Positions 27,311 through 36,403 of a stretch of 64,000 bases of DNA are shown here, in pieces (within the stretch, counting starts at the first letter, position 1; each line of letters starts with the position of its first letter). Position numbers and translations under genes: made by a program. The notes below the pieces were generated by a model. The model was not told where the DNA came from and did not search any database. It saw only the letters and a program-made list of their open reading frames with translations. Source of the stretch: an uncultured bacterium (GTDB taxonomy: Bacteria > Krumholzibacteriota > Krumholzibacteriia > WVZY01 > JAKEHA01). The stretch is from the NCBI GenBank assembly GCA_964588695.1, contig CAZPQK010000009.1, positions 28,022-92,021 of the forward strand. The letters are read 5' to 3'.

Positions 27311-28027
27311 CTAGCGAGACGGGCGCTGGGAGTTAATACAAGCTGCCAGCGACAGGCGCTGCTGGCCGTTTTCGTCAAAATTGCCGGGGCCAAGCCACGC
27401 CTCGGTGCCTGCCCGAATTACGGGCCATTCACTCTTGATGATTGAAAACCAGGCGGTATCGCGCAGCCGGTTTCGGTATATGACGGCCTCGCGGTGCACA
27501 CCTTCCGGCCGAAACCCAAGTCGCCGCGCGGCGGATTGCGACGGCGCGTTAAGGGCGTCGCATTTCCACTCGTACCGCCGATAGCCCAGGTCAAACGCGT
27601 GCTGCATGAGTAGATACATCGCTTCGGTGGCAGCCGGGGTTCGCGCCAGTTGTGGACCATACTTGATGTGTCCCACCTCGATACTGCCCATTTCCGGGTT
27701 GATTCGCAGATAGCTGCATTGTCCCACCGCGCTCCCACTTGCAAGGTCGATAATCGCGAAAAACAGCATGTCGCCGTTAAAGCAGAATTCGTGGACCCAA
27801 TCGCGGTACCCGTCAAGCGTGGCGAACGGTCCGTACGGAAGGTAGGTCCATCCGTCGTCTCCACCGCGCTGATGGGCGGCAAAGAGGTCGGCGCTATGCC
27901 GCTCGACGCTGAGAGGCTCGATCCGGCAGAAACGGCCGGTCAGCGTTACCGGCTGGGGAAATGGTGGGGTCACCCAGTCGGGAATGTCGGGGCCGACCGG
28001 TTGCCCGAAGGAATTGAATTGCGACAT
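27311..28027 (-). CDS. GNAT (RimJ/RimL-type) N-acetyltransferase
   Basis: Motifs WTYLPYGPF, IEVGHI, LGYRRYEWKCDALN and RDTAWFSI. Confidence 0.9.
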   Translation of the reverse strand: MSQFNSFGQPVGPDIPDWVTPPFPQPVTLTGRFCRIEPLSVERHSADLFAAHQRGGDDGWTYLPYGPFATLDGYRDWVHEFCFNGDMLFFAIIDLASGSAVGQCSYLRINPEMGSIEVGHIKYGPQLARTPAATEAMYLLMQHAFDLGYRRYEWKCDALNAPSQSAARRLGFRPEGVHREAVIYRNRLRDTAWFSIIKSEWPVIRAGTEAWLGPGNFDENGQQRLSLAACINSQRPSR

Positions 28028-28121
28028 CGCTGACTCCCGGCGTGGTGGGGCTTGAGGTAATTGCTGCGAGTGTGTTTAGATCGCGGAAAGCCGCATCCTT
28101 TCACTATACTAATATTCTGCC

Positions 28122-29384
28122 ATGACCGAAGAAAAGCGATACGTTGTTGTCACCGTAAACGGCAAGGATCGGCCGGGAATCACCGCGGCCTTTACCCGGC
28201 TCATCCAACTGCACGGCGTTGGTATTATTGACATCGATCAAGCCACCGTGCACAACGTGCTGGTGCTGTCGTTCTTGTTGGACCTGGGAGACAACGGCGG
28301 TAGTCGGAAGGATAGCGTCCTTAAAGACCTTCTCTTTGCTGCCAACCAGAAGGATGTAAGTCTCAACTTTCAGCTGCTTTCGGAGCGGGAGCGGCGGGAA
28401 CAACGTGCGCCACAACTTTCGGTGGTGACCGTTTTTGGAGGAACCGACGCACTCGCCGACGTGTCGGGTTTGCTCGCCGAAGCCGACGCCAACATTGTCA
28501 GTATCAGCAACATCTCGCGGCCGGGGCGCGCTATGAGCGGCGCGGGAAGTTTGCTGGCCGGAGAAAGTAGCGGCGCTCGTTGCGTGGAGCTGCTGGTCAA
28601 CACTGCGGCATCTCCGCGGCAGCACAACCTCCACGAACGGCTCTTGCAAACCGACCACGACGTCGCGTTACAAAGCCTGGCGGCGTATCGCAAGGGAAAG
28701 CGGCTGGTGTTTTTTGATGTCGATCAGACGCTGGTCGACATGGAAATTATTGATGAACTGGCCCGAGTCGCTGGCGTGTATGACGAGGTCTCCCGTGTTA
28801 CCGAAAAAGCGATGCGCGGCGAGATCGATTTTGCCGACGCGCTCGGCCAGCGAGTGGCGTTGTTGCGCGGGCTTCCGGTAGAGCGCTTGACCAACGTTCG
28901 CGACGCGATGCGTATGTCGGAGCGCGCCGCCGATGTAGTGGCGACGCTCAAGCGACTGGGCTACGTGGTCGGGGTGGCCAGCGGTGGGTTTACTTTTTTT
29001 ACCGACCACCTTCGCGATCAACTGGGCCTGGACTTTGCCCACGCCAACCAGTTGGAGGTTCGCGACGGCGTGCTAACCGGCAAGGTCATGCCGCCGGTTG
29101 TTGATGACACCGCCAAGGCACGTTTGATTCATCAGGAAGCGGGCTTGCGGGGAATACTGCTGGACCAGACCGTCGCGATTGGCGATGGTTCCAACGATCG
29201 ATTGATGCTGGGCCAGGCCGGGCTGGGAATTGCCTACAACGCGAAACGCGGAGTTTCGCGAGCGGCCGGCGCTACTCTGGGTAGAACCAAGCTAATCCAC
29301 CTGCTGTATCTCTTGGGTATCGCAGAAGAAGACATAGCGGCCGATGCCGCCGGACCGGCAACCTCCAACGGCCCCGGCGCGTAG
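28122..29384 (+). CDS. serB: Phosphoserine phosphatase with ACT domains
   Basis: N-terminal GKDRPGI ACT motif; HAD motifs DVDQTL, SGGF and GDGSND. Confidence 0.88.
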   Translation: MTEEKRYVVVTVNGKDRPGITAAFTRLIQLHGVGIIDIDQATVHNVLVLSFLLDLGDNGGSRKDSVLKDLLFAANQKDVSLNFQLLSERERREQRAPQLSVVTVFGGTDALADVSGLLAEADANIVSISNISRPGRAMSGAGSLLAGESSGARCVELLVNTAASPRQHNLHERLLQTDHDVALQSLAAYRKGKRLVFFDVDQTLVDMEIIDELARVAGVYDEVSRVTEKAMRGEIDFADALGQRVALLRGLPVERLTNVRDAMRMSERAADVVATLKRLGYVVGVASGGFTFFTDHLRDQLGLDFAHANQLEVRDGVLTGKVMPPVVDDTAKARLIHQEAGLRGILLDQTVAIGDGSNDRLMLGQAGLGIAYNAKRGVSRAAGATLGRTKLIHLLYLLGIAEEDIAADAAGPATSNGPGA

Positions 29385-29415
29385 TACGGGCAATCGCTAT
29401 GACTAAGGAGCCCCT

Positions 29416-31167
29416 ATGAATTTCTTTAAGACGTTCATGGCCGTTATCGTGGCCAATATCGTGATGATTGCACTCGCTGTCGGCGTGCTCATGATTATTG
29501 GGTTGGCGGCCACCATTAGCGGAAGCGACGACGTCGAAGTCGCCGACAACTCGTACCTGGTCATCGACCTTTATGGCGCGATACTGCCCTACGACCCTCC
29601 GCAAAGTCTGGGCGCGCGGCTGTTTGAAGACGACCCACTCACTTTTCATGACATTCAGGACAACCTGGAAAAAGCTCTCGCGGATACCCGAATCAACGGC
29701 GTGATTCTAAATATCTCGTCGGCGAACGACATGGGCAACGCGATGCGCTTTGAGTTACGGCAGCGCATCAAAGACCTGCGTGGCGCCGGAAAAACGGTCA
29801 TCGCGTATAGCGACCGGCTCAGTCGTTCGGCGTACTACGTTGCCACTGCGTGCGACAAAATCTATATGCCGCCTCCGGCCGACGTTATTTTTACCGGCAT
29901 GGGCGGGAAGTATCTCTTTATGCGTGGGATGCTGGACAAAATAGATGTCGAACCAAACATTCACAAGATTAAGGACTACAAGTCAGCAGCGGAGACGACA
30001 AACCGCAAGAACTTCTCCGAACCGGCGCGCGAGAACCGCAAGTGGATTCTCGACGAATTGTGGGACATGCAGATTTCCGCAATGAAAGAGGACCGCGGTC
30101 TTAGCGACGAGCAAATTGATTCATTCGCCGAGTACGTCATGTACACCGCAGAAGAAGCACTGGCCGCGGGCATCATTGATGGCGTTATGTATTGGGACGA
30201 AATGGAAGATATGCTCGCTGGTGACGACGAGGAATTGTCGACCGTAACGCACTGGAGTTACAACGACATTTCGCGCGAAAGCGTTGGTCTGAAGGGCAAA
30301 CACCGTATCGCAATCGTGCACGCGCACGGTGCGTTGGCGGGCCGCAGTAGTCGTGTCGACCCCATGATGGGCTTTATTATTGGCCACCGCACGGCGTCGC
30401 GTGCGATTCGTGCCGCTGCCGACAACGATAAGGTCGACGCAATTGTTCTTCGAGTCGACAGTCCCGGTGGGGAAACGCTCACCAGCGACCTGATTAGTCG
30501 CGCCGTAGAATACGCGGTCGAGCGGAAACCGGTTGTAGTGTCGATGCTTGATGTTGCCGCTTCCGGCGGTTACTACATCTCCTACAAAGCCAATAAAATG
30601 GTAGCCAATCCCAACACCGTAACGGGCTCGATTGGCTCGATCCTGGGAAAGATGAACATCGCCGGCGCCTACGAAAAACTGGGTTTTAGCTTCGATGGTG
30701 TCGACAAGGGCGCCAACGCCAACTTCTGGTCTCCGGTTGACAGCTTCTCTCCGGAGCAGTGGGAGCGTTTGAAGGACTACCACTACAAGAGTTTTAACGC
30801 CTGGTTGCAGGACGTTGCAGATCGGCGGGGAATGACCTTCGAAGAAGCGGAGAAGCTCGCCCACGGACGCGTGTGGACGGGGCGTCAGGCCAAAGACAAC
30901 GGGTTGATCGATGAACTGGGCGGGCTGCCCACCGCGATTCGTCTGGCCAAAGAAGAGGCTGGCCTTGACCCGGAAGAAGAGGTCACGCTGGTTAATTATC
31001 CTCGCGAAAAAAGTCTGATGGAGTTGCTTACGTCGCGTTCCAGTTGGGCCTCGTTAGGCAGTTGGGCGGCGTACCGATTTGTTCAGGAAGATCTCAAGCA
31101 ATCTTATGAGCTAATCACTAGCGGTCAATTGGAATACCAGCGCTTGGAAGCGTTGTCGCAGGAGTAG
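29416..31167 (+). CDS. sppA: Signal peptide peptidase SppA (S49)
   Basis: Motifs YKSAAE, LRVDSPGG, AASGGYY, TGSIG and GRVWTG. Confidence 0.92.
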   Translation: MNFFKTFMAVIVANIVMIALAVGVLMIIGLAATISGSDDVEVADNSYLVIDLYGAILPYDPPQSLGARLFEDDPLTFHDIQDNLEKALADTRINGVILNISSANDMGNAMRFELRQRIKDLRGAGKTVIAYSDRLSRSAYYVATACDKIYMPPPADVIFTGMGGKYLFMRGMLDKIDVEPNIHKIKDYKSAAETTNRKNFSEPARENRKWILDELWDMQISAMKEDRGLSDEQIDSFAEYVMYTAEEALAAGIIDGVMYWDEMEDMLAGDDEELSTVTHWSYNDISRESVGLKGKHRIAIVHAHGALAGRSSRVDPMMGFIIGHRTASRAIRAAADNDKVDAIVLRVDSPGGETLTSDLISRAVEYAVERKPVVVSMLDVAASGGYYISYKANKMVANPNTVTGSIGSILGKMNIAGAYEKLGFSFDGVDKGANANFWSPVDSFSPEQWERLKDYHYKSFNAWLQDVADRRGMTFEEAEKLAHGRVWTGRQAKDNGLIDELGGLPTAIRLAKEEAGLDPEEEVTLVNYPREKSLMELLTSRSSWASLGSWAAYRFVQEDLKQSYELITSGQLEYQRLEALSQE

Positions 31168-31172
31168 CCCAG

Positions 31173-32063
31173 GTGCCTCGCCGTATTTCTATCGGCCATC
31201 GCGATTGCAACGCTCGCGCATTACTTGCCGTTATTGTTCTTTTCGCCGTTTTCGCGGCGGTTGACGTCGGCGCGGTAACCAACGGCGACTTCGAGCAAGG
31301 TGGAAACGGCTGGTTTCGCGGAGTTGCCGGGCCTGATCCGTGCAGCCCGCCGGTTGTGGTACGGGGGCTGAACCTTCCAAATCCGCCAGGCGCCAAACCC
31401 GGCGCAAACAGCCTCGCGTGGTTGGGAAACTTCCAATTGGGCGCGCTGGGATGCAACCCGTCAACGCTGTTTCAGAACTTTTGGTGCGCGCTGGACACTA
31501 CCGATCAGAATTGGTGCACCGTTACCTTCGACGCTTCGCTATGGCTGGCGCCCGGCGAACAGGCGGTAGTAATTCAGAAATCGTATTTTGCGACCCGGGC
31601 GGGACTGATCCCCGGCGGGGGAGCGCCTGCCAGCGGTCGTTATTCGATATCGGTAAAAGGTTGTAACGAGAACCTGATCCTGTTCGCCGTTGTGAACCCC
31701 CTCCGTGGGCAGGGTGTAAAGTCCATTTTGCAGATCGACAATGTTCAATCCACTTGCTCTAGTGGCGATAGTACATCGGCCAATCTTCCGATGATCCCGC
31801 TGCCGAGCGCTGGGCTGGGAATCGAGTTGCTGGATCGCGACGGGGTTCCGGTAACGATGAGTACCCCACCTCTGGACTGCGACGTTAACGGACTGTTCGA
31901 CCACTACGAAATTGACAACGCGCTCGCGTCGGACGACAACGGCAATGGCACCATCGACGCGTGCGATCCCAAACCGCGCGAGATTAACTGGGTGCTGATG
32001 GGCGTGGGGCTGTTAATGATCTTCGTCACCGTTCGCCGCATGATTCGTAACCGGCCCCGCTAG
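31173..32063 (+). CDS. Hypothetical exported Cys-rich protein with Ca-binding-like repeats and C-terminal TM anchor
   Basis: Signal peptide, NGDFE motif, DCDVNGLFD and DDNGNGTIDACD repeats, then a TM helix and basic tail. Confidence 0.65.
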   Translation: MPRRISIGHRDCNARALLAVIVLFAVFAAVDVGAVTNGDFEQGGNGWFRGVAGPDPCSPPVVVRGLNLPNPPGAKPGANSLAWLGNFQLGALGCNPSTLFQNFWCALDTTDQNWCTVTFDASLWLAPGEQAVVIQKSYFATRAGLIPGGGAPASGRYSISVKGCNENLILFAVVNPLRGQGVKSILQIDNVQSTCSSGDSTSANLPMIPLPSAGLGIELLDRDGVPVTMSTPPLDCDVNGLFDHYEIDNALASDDNGNGTIDACDPKPREINWVLMGVGLLMIFVTVRRMIRNRPR

Positions 32064-32118
32064 TATCGCCCGCGCGTTGTCAGGCGTACCCCGCGTCGCT
32101 ATGCGCTATAATTGAGTT

Positions 32119-33213
32119 ATGGACGAATCCCCGCATCATCCTGGACGCTACTTTACAATGTTGTCCGACGGACGCATTCAATGTGATGTGTGCCCGCGAT
32201 TCTGTCGGCTACGCGATGGACAACGCGGGTTGTGCTTTGTCCGCAAACGCGAGGGCGACGAAATTGTACTTACCACCTATGGGCGATCTAGCGGATTTTG
32301 TATCGACCCGGTGGAAAAGAAACCTCTCAACCATTTCTACCCGGGCAGCGCCGTGCTCTCTTTCGGAACCGCGGGCTGCAATCTCACCTGCAAGTTCTGC
32401 CAGAACTGGGACATTTCCAAGTCGCGCGAAATGGATCGACTTACCGACGTGGCGTCACCCGCGGCGATAGCGCGTGCGGCGCAAGCGACTGGTTGCGATA
32501 GCGTGGCCTTTACCTACAACGATCCGGTGATCTTTCTTGAGTATGCCGTTGATGTCGCCGCCGCTTGCCATGATCTCGGGATCAAGACGATTGCCGTGAC
32601 CGCCGGCGAGATCTGTCCCGAGCCCGCCAAGGAGTTCTTTGCTGCCATGGACGCGACCAATGTCGACCTTAAAGCGTTTACCGAGTCGTTCTATCGTAAC
32701 GTGTGTAGCTCCGAACTTAAGCCGGTTCTCGATACGCTCGTTTACGTCACGCACCATACCGACACGTGGCTGGAAATCACGACTCTGTTGATTCCCGGCG
32801 AGAACGATTCCGACCAGGAACTCCGCAGTATGACCAGTTGGATCGTGCGTGAACTGGGTGACCAGGTTCCGTTGCACTTTTCTGCGTTTCACCCCGACTG
32901 GAAGATGCGCGACAAACCCGCGACGCCAGCGAGCACGCTGACCCGCGCGCAGCAAATCGCGCGCGACGCCGGATTGCAGTACGTCTTCACCGGCAACGTT
33001 CATGACGAAGCCGGTCAAAGTACTTACTGCGCGGGATGTGGCAGCGTTGTGATCGGTCGTGATTGGTACCAGTTGACCCAGTGGAATGTCGCGGGCGCCG
33101 GCGACGCAGCTCGCTGCGGCGATTGCGGTCATCCGGTTGCGGGCCGGTTTTCCTCGCGGCCAGGAAGCTGGGGAGCGCGGAGGGCGGCGGTGGACATCTC
33201 GCAGTTCGCCTGA
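32119..33213 (+). CDS. amrS: AmmeMemoRadiSam system radical SAM enzyme
   Basis: Motifs CDVCPRFC, DPVEKKPLNHFYPG, GCNLTCKFCQNWDIS and AFTYNDP. Confidence 0.9.
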   Translation: MDESPHHPGRYFTMLSDGRIQCDVCPRFCRLRDGQRGLCFVRKREGDEIVLTTYGRSSGFCIDPVEKKPLNHFYPGSAVLSFGTAGCNLTCKFCQNWDISKSREMDRLTDVASPAAIARAAQATGCDSVAFTYNDPVIFLEYAVDVAAACHDLGIKTIAVTAGEICPEPAKEFFAAMDATNVDLKAFTESFYRNVCSSELKPVLDTLVYVTHHTDTWLEITTLLIPGENDSDQELRSMTSWIVRELGDQVPLHFSAFHPDWKMRDKPATPASTLTRAQQIARDAGLQYVFTGNVHDEAGQSTYCAGCGSVVIGRDWYQLTQWNVAGAGDAARCGDCGHPVAGRFSSRPGSWGARRAAVDISQFA

Positions 33214-33390
33214 AAGACACCGTCGAAGCGATCCCGGCAAAGCTAACCAGTTTTATCGCAAAGCCTTGCCGCTAAACAAGAAAGCGCCGCGCTGTCCTTG
33301 CTTTTGCCGCGCCTTGTTGGGTATGATGGACCCATGCCGCTAAGGCCGATTCTTCTTTAATCACACCAAATCAAGGAGGGGCGGAACGCT

Positions 33391-34482
33391 ATGGAGCGAC
33401 CGTTCAAGCTATTCGGATTCGATCACGTGACCTTCACCGTTGGCAACGCCAAGCAGGCTGCCGCATTCTATCAGACGGTTTACGGTTTTGACCTCAAGGG
33501 ATATCGCGGCCTCGAACAGGGCGCGCGCGATAAAGCCAGCTACGTTCTGAAACAGAACTTCGTTACCTTCGTCATGAACTCGCCATACAAGGCCGACTCG
33601 CCGCTGAACGATTTTATCGTCAAGCATGGCGATGGCGTGTCCGACATTGCGTTTGCTGTCGACGACGCTGCGCTGGCATACGAATACACCACGGGTAAGG
33701 GTGCCACCGGTACGATGGAACCCAAGTGGCTGGAAGATGAAAACGGCAAGGTGCGAGTGGCGCAAATTCAATCGTACGGCGACGTCACCCACACCTTTGT
33801 CGAGCGCAACGGCTACGAAGGTGTTTTTCTTCCGGGTTACGTGGAAGCAAGTTCGCCGATCAAAGGAAAGCCGACCGGTCTGCTGGCTGTCGATCACATT
33901 GTCGGCAATCAGCCCGACAGCGAGATGGAAGACGTGGTTCAGTTTTACGAGAACATTTTTGGATTCCATCGGTTGTGGACAGTCGACGACGACGATATTT
34001 CGACCGAGTTCACGTCGCTTCGCTCGGTAGTTGTGGCCAGCGAGGACGAAGCTGTAAAGATGCCGATCAACGAGCCGGCCGAAGGTATGAAGAAGTCGCA
34101 GATCGAAGAATACGTCGAGTTCAACTCGGGCCCCGGTGTTCAACACGTGGCTATGACCACCAACGACATTGTTGATACGATTCAAGCTCTTGTCGATAAC
34201 GGCGTTGACTTTCTTTATGTGCCGGACGCCTACTACGATACTCTGAAAGAGCGCGTGGGCGACATCGACGAAGAAATTGAAACTCTGCGCAAGATGGGAA
34301 TCCTGGTGGACCGCGACGACCAGGGCTACCTGTTGCAGCTGTTTACTAAGCCGGTGCAAGACCGGCCGACTCTGTTCTTCGAAATCATTCAACGCAAGAA
34401 GGCCCGTAGTTTTGGTAAGGGCAACTTCAAAGCGTTGTTCGAATCGATTGAGCGCGAGCAAGAGCGTCGCGGAACGCTATAA
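33391..34482 (+). CDS. hppD: 4-hydroxyphenylpyruvate dioxygenase
   Basis: Motifs DHIVGN, KSQIEEY, GVQHVA, LLQLFTKP and FGKGNFKALFESIE. Confidence 0.96.
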   Translation: MERPFKLFGFDHVTFTVGNAKQAAAFYQTVYGFDLKGYRGLEQGARDKASYVLKQNFVTFVMNSPYKADSPLNDFIVKHGDGVSDIAFAVDDAALAYEYTTGKGATGTMEPKWLEDENGKVRVAQIQSYGDVTHTFVERNGYEGVFLPGYVEASSPIKGKPTGLLAVDHIVGNQPDSEMEDVVQFYENIFGFHRLWTVDDDDISTEFTSLRSVVVASEDEAVKMPINEPAEGMKKSQIEEYVEFNSGPGVQHVAMTTNDIVDTIQALVDNGVDFLYVPDAYYDTLKERVGDIDEEIETLRKMGILVDRDDQGYLLQLFTKPVQDRPTLFFEIIQRKKARSFGKGNFKALFESIEREQERRGTL

Positions 34483-34613
34483 GCCCGTCGCCGAGCGTCA
34501 ACGCCGCGCGTCGGAGCTTGCTCTTGCGTGCGGCGTTCGCATTTAAACTATGGGTGTCACTGGACCACGGCGGCGTCGGTCCGCATGGGGCTTAAAGCCC
34601 ACAGGAGTTGGAA

Positions 34614-35768
34614 ATGCCGTATTACATCAAGCAAGGTAGAAACCCCAAGTATCGTCACATGGTTTTTCAAGACGACAAGGGAAACCATTACTACGAAGAG
34701 CACATGAGCCGGTTGGGGTTTTCGGACATATACTCGAACGTTTATCACATTCACATGCCGACGGAAGTCGCCGGCGTGGGTAACTTTCACCCTATAAACC
34801 TTCAGCCCAAGGACGACGACAAGCATCGTCACCATCATTTTCAAACTTTCAAGTTTGGTCCTCGTGGCGATTTTGTGAACGGTCGTCGTTACTTGATGTA
34901 CAACAACGATGTCGTATTGTCCACGTGCAGCCCGACCGACAACGCGGACTATTTTTTTAAGAACGCAATTTGTGACGAGATCATGTTTATTCACCGTGGC
35001 GAAGGTCGGGTCGACAGCATGTTCGGCCAGCTTGAGTTTCATCAGGGTGACTACGTTGTCATCCCGCGGGGCGTTATTTATCAACTCACGTTTCACACCG
35101 ACGACAACCGCATGTTTATCGTCGAGTCGCACGGACCGGTCGACACGCCCAAGCATTTTCGGAATCAGTACGGGCAGTTACTGGAAGACGCGCCCTATTG
35201 CGAACGCGACATCCGGATTCCGGACTTTCAAGAACCAATCGACAAGAAGGGGAAGTTTCCCGTGCATATCCGGTTGAAGGATGGAATCCAGGAGTATCAG
35301 CTGGGTCACCATCCATTCGATTTGATTGGGTATGACGGTTTTTACTATCCCTGGATCTTTAACATCAACGACTACATGCCCAAGGTTGGTCGGGTGCATC
35401 TGCCGCCGCCGTCGCACCTGACGTTTACCGGTCGGGGCTACGTGCTGTGTTCGTTTTGTCCACGTCCGTTTGACTTTGGCGAAAACACCGTTCCCATTCC
35501 TTACGCCCACAGCAACCTGGATAGCGACGAGGTAATCTACTACGCCGAAGGCAACTTCATGAGTCGCAAAGGAATCGAGCTAGGTTCGGTAACTTTGCAC
35601 CCGTACGGTATTCCGCACGGTCCGCAGCCCGGATTGTTGGAAAAGTCAATTGGTGCCAAGGAAACCAAAGAACTGGCGGTGATGGTAGATACGTTCGCGC
35701 CACTTCATGTGGTCAAAGAGTCGCTGGAAGTCGACGATCCAACGTATCCTTTTAGCTGGCAAACGTAA
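34614..35768 (+). CDS. hmgA: Homogentisate 1,2-dioxygenase
   Basis: Motifs HPFDLIGYDG, HLPPPSH, PYAHSNLDSDE and PHGPQPG; AGGAG RBS. Confidence 0.92.
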   Translation: MPYYIKQGRNPKYRHMVFQDDKGNHYYEEHMSRLGFSDIYSNVYHIHMPTEVAGVGNFHPINLQPKDDDKHRHHHFQTFKFGPRGDFVNGRRYLMYNNDVVLSTCSPTDNADYFFKNAICDEIMFIHRGEGRVDSMFGQLEFHQGDYVVIPRGVIYQLTFHTDDNRMFIVESHGPVDTPKHFRNQYGQLLEDAPYCERDIRIPDFQEPIDKKGKFPVHIRLKDGIQEYQLGHHPFDLIGYDGFYYPWIFNINDYMPKVGRVHLPPPSHLTFTGRGYVLCSFCPRPFDFGENTVPIPYAHSNLDSDEVIYYAEGNFMSRKGIELGSVTLHPYGIPHGPQPGLLEKSIGAKETKELAVMVDTFAPLHVVKESLEVDDPTYPFSWQT

Positions 35769-35770
35769 TC

Positions 35771-36397
35771 GTGCAGCTCGACCCGCAAGCGGCGAGCAAC
35801 GCGGACATCTATCGCCTGATGATCCGCACCATTCTACCGAGGCCGATCGCTTGGGTTTCCACAGTGTCGGCCTCGGGCGCGTTTAACGCCGCACCATTTT
35901 CGTTTTTTACCGGGGTGTCAACCCGACCCCCGACGATCTGCTTTGCCCCGTCGCGACGCCCCGACACCGCAGTGAAGAAAGATACGCTGGCCAACATCGA
36001 AGCGACCCGGGAGTTTGTTGTCAACATCGCGACCGAGCCACTGGCAGAGGCGATGAACGAAACTGCCACCGCTTTTCCTTCCGACGCCGACGAATTCAAA
36101 ATGGCCGGCATTACGCCCCAGCCGGCGGAGTGCGTCCGCGCACCGCGCATCAAAGAGTCCCCGGTCCATTTCGAGTGTCGCGTGTATGATATCCTTGAGA
36201 TTGGACAGGCGGACAATGGAGGGGCCTCGCTAGTTATCGGCGAAATCCTGCTCATCGATGTCGACGATCGGGTACTTACCGAGGGTAAAGTTGATCCCGC
36301 CAAGCTGCAGCCGATCGGCCGCCTGGGCGGAATGGAATATGCCCGCACCACCGACCGATTTGTGATGCCGCGAAAGCCTTATCCGCCCAAGTCCTAA
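35771..36397 (+). CDS. Flavin reductase-like (FMN-binding split barrel) protein
   Basis: Motifs PRPIAWVST, NAAPFSFF, KDTLANI and IGRLGG. Confidence 0.88.
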   Translation: MQLDPQAASNADIYRLMIRTILPRPIAWVSTVSASGAFNAAPFSFFTGVSTRPPTICFAPSRRPDTAVKKDTLANIEATREFVVNIATEPLAEAMNETATAFPSDADEFKMAGITPQPAECVRAPRIKESPVHFECRVYDILEIGQADNGGASLVIGEILLIDVDDRVLTEGKVDPAKLQPIGRLGGMEYARTTDRFVMPRKPYPPKS

Positions 36398-36403
36398 CGT
36401 GTT

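Noticed and set aside
33409-34461. 350-aa antisense ORF over hppD (likewise 39876-40955 over acnA, 20152-21561 over the outer-membrane protein and 47380-48342 over aroA)
   Set aside because: These are shadow ORFs expected from codon bias in GC-rich genes. They have no recognisable motifs and fully overlap confident genes.
34500-34537. Hairpin AACGCCGCGCG...GCGTGCGGCGTT between hppD and hmgA
   Set aside because: I noticed only one copy and it has no adjacent U-tract. It may stabilise the mRNA but cannot be called a terminator or REP element.
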